Shown: piece by piece, positions 60,096 to 64,000 of the stretch
Layout: each line of letters starts with the position of its first letter
Numbering within the stretch: the stretch's first letter is position 1
Notes under the pieces: generated by a model
Told to the model about the DNA's origin: nothing
The model's input: the letters and a program-made list of their open reading frames with translations, nothing else
Databases searched by the model: none
Made by a program: the position numbers and the translations under genes
Assembly (NCBI RefSeq): GCF_964204645.1
Contig: NC_134028.1
Coordinates: forward strand, 868,001-932,000
Source of the DNA: Tubulanus polymorphus
Taxonomy: Eukaryota > Animalia > Nemertea
Direction: 5' to 3'
DNA: 64,000 nt

Positions 60096-62305
60096 AATTT
60101 GAGGATTGGTCTTTACCGCAAGTATCTTTTTGATGAAGTGTGTACCTTTAACGCCAGGTAGCGTGTTACAGTTCATATGCTTTGATCTATCTACGTTTTT
60201 AATCATGTTCCGTTCGCCGAGTTCTCCATCCACAGTTGCTAAGGGCACCGACGGGACAATGTAACGGAATACTATGAGAGAAGTTATCAATTTCCATCGT
60301 TTGTCAGCTTCCCAAAGAGCTACAGAGGCTGTCTCCCGACGAGTAGTATGATATACGGGAACCTGTGTCGAAACGACTACCGCGCGAGAGCTTCAAGGTT
60401 ACTCGTATCATTCCCAAATGGGAATAAACGCTTTCGATATTCTATGCAGTTGATTTATGAATCTGTCAATCTGTATTTTACAAATCGTGTTGGCGTGTTA
60501 CCGCTTAGAAACCGCTTCTCAAAACGATAAAATCTTTGATAATTCCGCCGTTAGTTTCGATGTATTTCCGTCAGCAGATTTACTGGGTATGTTTGGACGG
60601 GTCACGTGACTCTAAAGATATACAAGTTCCAATCGATGACACCTCAATTTCAACACATATCCTCCGCGAAAATACCATCAGGTTTTTATTATCAACCGAA
60701 CGTCTGTTTAATTGAACTCCTCTGGGGTAAAACAACCTCCTCACACTTTCCCTTAAAAGCATCACGAGAAGGCGTGGCATATATGCGCTATATAGGTAAG
60801 AACATGTTGCCATGGTGATTAAAAACTAGTTCCCTCTTCTTTTTACCGATAATGTTGTTTTCCGCTTCTTGGAATCTGATTTCGTAGAAAACCGAAAAAC
60901 GGCTGAAATTTAACACGAGTTTGCGCTGCATCCAGTGGGTGTGAAGTATCAACTAGAGTTTGTGGAGATACAGGCACCGTTTCTGTGGCAAGCGAGGATT
61001 CTGTAAGGATCCGCCAGGTGGTGTCTTCATAGTTTATTCCACATTTCAATTAAATTCGAATCAACTTTTCCCGTCATTAAATCAATTTTCAGTGAAATCT
61101 ATACCAAACACTGAGTGTGAAAGCGAATACTGATGACTGATGACTTGTTTGATTATATTTGGATTTAGGGGCTAAAAAATCCAGTTCAAAGTTCATTGTT
61201 CAAATCGTTGATGAACCAAGTGTATTGTTGCGCCATCTGGTGTGTGTGACCGATACTTCATTGAGATGATTACCACCATGAATCGCTAGGTTTTTTACGG
61301 TTTCTTGAATTCCTCACCAGACCTGTCGACACTTAAACACCATTCTCTATAAACGACACACCGACTGCGCATGTGCCGGCTGTATCGTTCCGCTAATCAA
61401 ACTGTAATGCGGTTTATTTGGAAATTCAAATAAATCGTGACGTCTCCGGAAGTCGTTATTTAACGGTAAATACAGCGAGCAACTAAATTATCAAACATAC
61501 ATCACAAAGCGTGATTAGGAATATATAGCTGTCTCAGCAGTTAATGGGAAAATAACACGAACGGTGCTTTAGTAGTCATCAAGTTTTAATGGTTCTCTTG
61601 CTGCACATACGACGATCTGTCTTTAGGATCAACCGGCTTCGCAAAATGTGCACGTAGCATCCAAGGCCACGTAATTGAACAACGGTGGCTCTTTCCTACA
61701 CAGGAGATGCATTTTTATATTTCTTCCAAACTACTTATACAAAGTGTAAATTTGAACACGTTTTCTGTTCGGGTCCGATGGGATTTTTAAAATTCAGAAA
61801 TCTATCGACATTTTGTCGAATATTCATTCTATCGATTGAAGAGTATTCTCGGAGGATTCCATTCGACAATACGAGTGTATGAATTCATGTTTTCCTTTTT
61901 TGTTGTCAAAATGCGATGTAAATTGCGAGATGGAAGTCGTATTTATCGGGTCAGGCGCCAGTAGGTTTGTAAATACTGAGGGTAAGTTCTGGATGGAGTA
62001 TGTTGACTAGGAGGAGCGATGAACCGGACGTGTACTTCACGGCACCGTTACCGGATAATGATTTTGTTTGTATAATCATTTATTCAGCTGCCTGCTCTTC
62101 GTTACCTTTCTGTCACACTCATTAAGTGTGATTTTTAGCGGCTTAGTTTTTCCATCTGCACCAGTGACATTGCTAACCCTACGGCCGATGGATTCGAATT
62201 TCGGCCAAAACATAGAATTACTACTCTAAAACTTGTATATAGTTGACAAATTATTTGAAAGCAAATCGCACAATGTGTCTCAGGAAATTTCTGCGAAGCG
62301 TCCCC

Positions 62306-62468
62306 CGTCTCTGCTCCGAGCGAAGCTTCCTTCCTCCGGCCCCGGTCTCTGCTCCGAGCGAAGCTACCTTCATCCGGTCCCTGGTCTCTGCTCCGAGCGA
62401 AGCTTCCTTCCTCCGGTCCCCAATCTGTGCTCCGAGCGAAGCTTCCTTCCTCCGGTCCCTGGTCTCTA
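62306..62468 (+). repeat. 39-bp minisatellite, 4 copies
   Basis: TCTCTGCTCCGAGCGAAGCTTCCTTCCTCCGGTCCCTGG. Confidence 0.9.
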
Positions 62469-62759
62469 TACTGGCCTTTACCGTGTCATCATAAATTCAA
62501 GTGGCTGTGTTTGACTTGTAAGTGGTTATACGTGATTCACTCTCACAGATTGGTGGTCATTTAATTTAACCGTCGACTAATCAGATTTACCACTGATAAT
62601 TAAATCGGTGCAGTCGACATCACAGACACCGCAGACACCGCAGACACCGCAAACACCGCAGACACCGCAGACACTGCCAGCTGCACCGCGCGCGGCCACC
62701 AGTGAAAATATCTACAACTCGTATCCATCATGTACATCATAATTAATGAACGGATACCG

Positions 62760-62884
62760 ATGGTGCTTGTGCTGCTGCTGGTGCTGGTGCTACTGCTGCT
62801 GCTGGTGGTGCTGCTGCTGGTGCTGCTGGTGGTGCTGGTGCTGGTGCTTGTGCTGGTGCTGGTGGTGCTGGTGCTGGTGCTGCC
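62760..62884 (+). repeat. (GGTGCT/GCT)n low-complexity repeat
   Basis: Mixed CTG/GTG triplets. A 9-bp CAGACACCG repeat lies nearby at 62622-62675. Confidence 0.85.
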
Positions 62885-63577
62885 GTTACTGAAGTTGATC
62901 GGAACTGAAATATCCGGCAACGTTTGAACTGTTCAGATTTATTGACTGGATTTCTGATGGACAGAGTATTGATTATGTTAGCCCCTTATGTTATAATAAC
63001 TTGATTGAACTCGGCATGTATAATTATAATATCTCCGAGTACCTGCGGGGAACTGCGGAGAACCGAGCGGAATATCTGTCGGAGTATCTCGGAGAACCTC
63101 GGAATATCTCGGAGTATTTTGGAATATCTGGGAAAACCTCATCGGAGTACCTCGAAGTATGTCGGAGTATCTCGGAGTATTTCGGAGTATCTCCTCGGAG
63201 AACCTCGGAGTGCTACGGAGTAACTCGTCCATTTCAATCAAGTCCACTAACTTTAATCTTGACGAATGATATGATATTGGCGCCTTTACTGAAACCGCTG
63301 ACACTGTGTTAATCAGCGCTAGACCGTGAATCCTCTCCCCCTCTATCCCCCCTGTCTCTCTCCGTCTCGCTCTCCCTCTAGGGTTTTGATGATCGATGTT
63401 TAGAACTATTTTAATTTTCGAAAGGCCACAGCATCATCAGTGTTGGATTAATGGATAAAAATGATACCACTCGAGCAACGTTTTTTTCCACTATTAATCC
63501 TAGTCGATCTGTCATCACTGTATCGACGCGGCGGCCCTGTCCTAAATAACTACTTAATTAGGCACATTGAAGCTCGT

Positions 63578-64000
63578 TGCATTCAGCCACAGTGTGGTCC
63601 TGTCTCTGGTCCACTGATATATTGATACATTCAGCCACAGCGTGGTCCTGTCTCTGGTCCACTGATATATTGATACATTCAACCACAACGTGGTCCTGTC
63701 TCTGGTCCACTGATATATTGATACATTCAACCACAACGTGGTCCTGTCTCTGGTCCACTGATATATTGGTACATTCAACCACAACGTGGTCCTGTCTCTG
63801 GTCCACTGATATATTGATACATTCAACCACAACGTGGTCCTGTCTCTGGTCCACTGATATATTGATACATTCAACCACAACGTGGTCCTGTCTCTGGTCC
63901 ACTGATATATTGATACATTCAACCACAACGTGGTCCTGTCTCTGGTCCACTGATATATTGATACATTCAACCACAACGTGGTCCTGTCTCTGGTCCACTG
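63578..64000 (+). repeat. 48-bp minisatellite running off the window end
   Basis: CATTCAACCACAACGTGGTCCTGTCTCTGGTCCACTGATATATTGATA, about 9 copies. Confidence 0.97.

Noticed and set aside
63554-63998. 16-aa repeat ORFs
   Set aside because: A 48-bp minisatellite open in multiple frames with near-identical DNA units, so there is no sign of coding constraint.

Overview
AT-rich, intron-containing animal (invertebrate-like) genomic DNA, not prokaryotic. I reconstructed four protein-coding genes by reading GT-AG boundaries and checking phase continuity by hand: (1) a 12-exon USP31/USP43-family deubiquitinase on + (10770-20452); (2) a ~25-exon QRICH2/C16orf96 (DUF4795)-family coiled-coil gene on - (41790-25794) with several microexons; (3) a 4-exon uncharacterised gene on + (42545-44334), head-to-head with gene 2, with a stathmin-like helical region; (4) a canonical noggin on + (50004-50807). 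The first 10.7 kb hold two adjacent non-autonomous TIR-bounded elements, each filled with a satellite built from its own terminal motif. The rest contains MITEs, tRNA-derived SINE fragments, a repeat family with telomere-type palindromes, minisatellites and a ~10 kb gene-free region downstream of noggin. Family assignments rest on motifs I recognise, not on database searches. I found no convincing wholly new system. The best leads are the TIR/satellite pair next to USP31 and the stathmin-like gene paired with the QRICH2-like gene.
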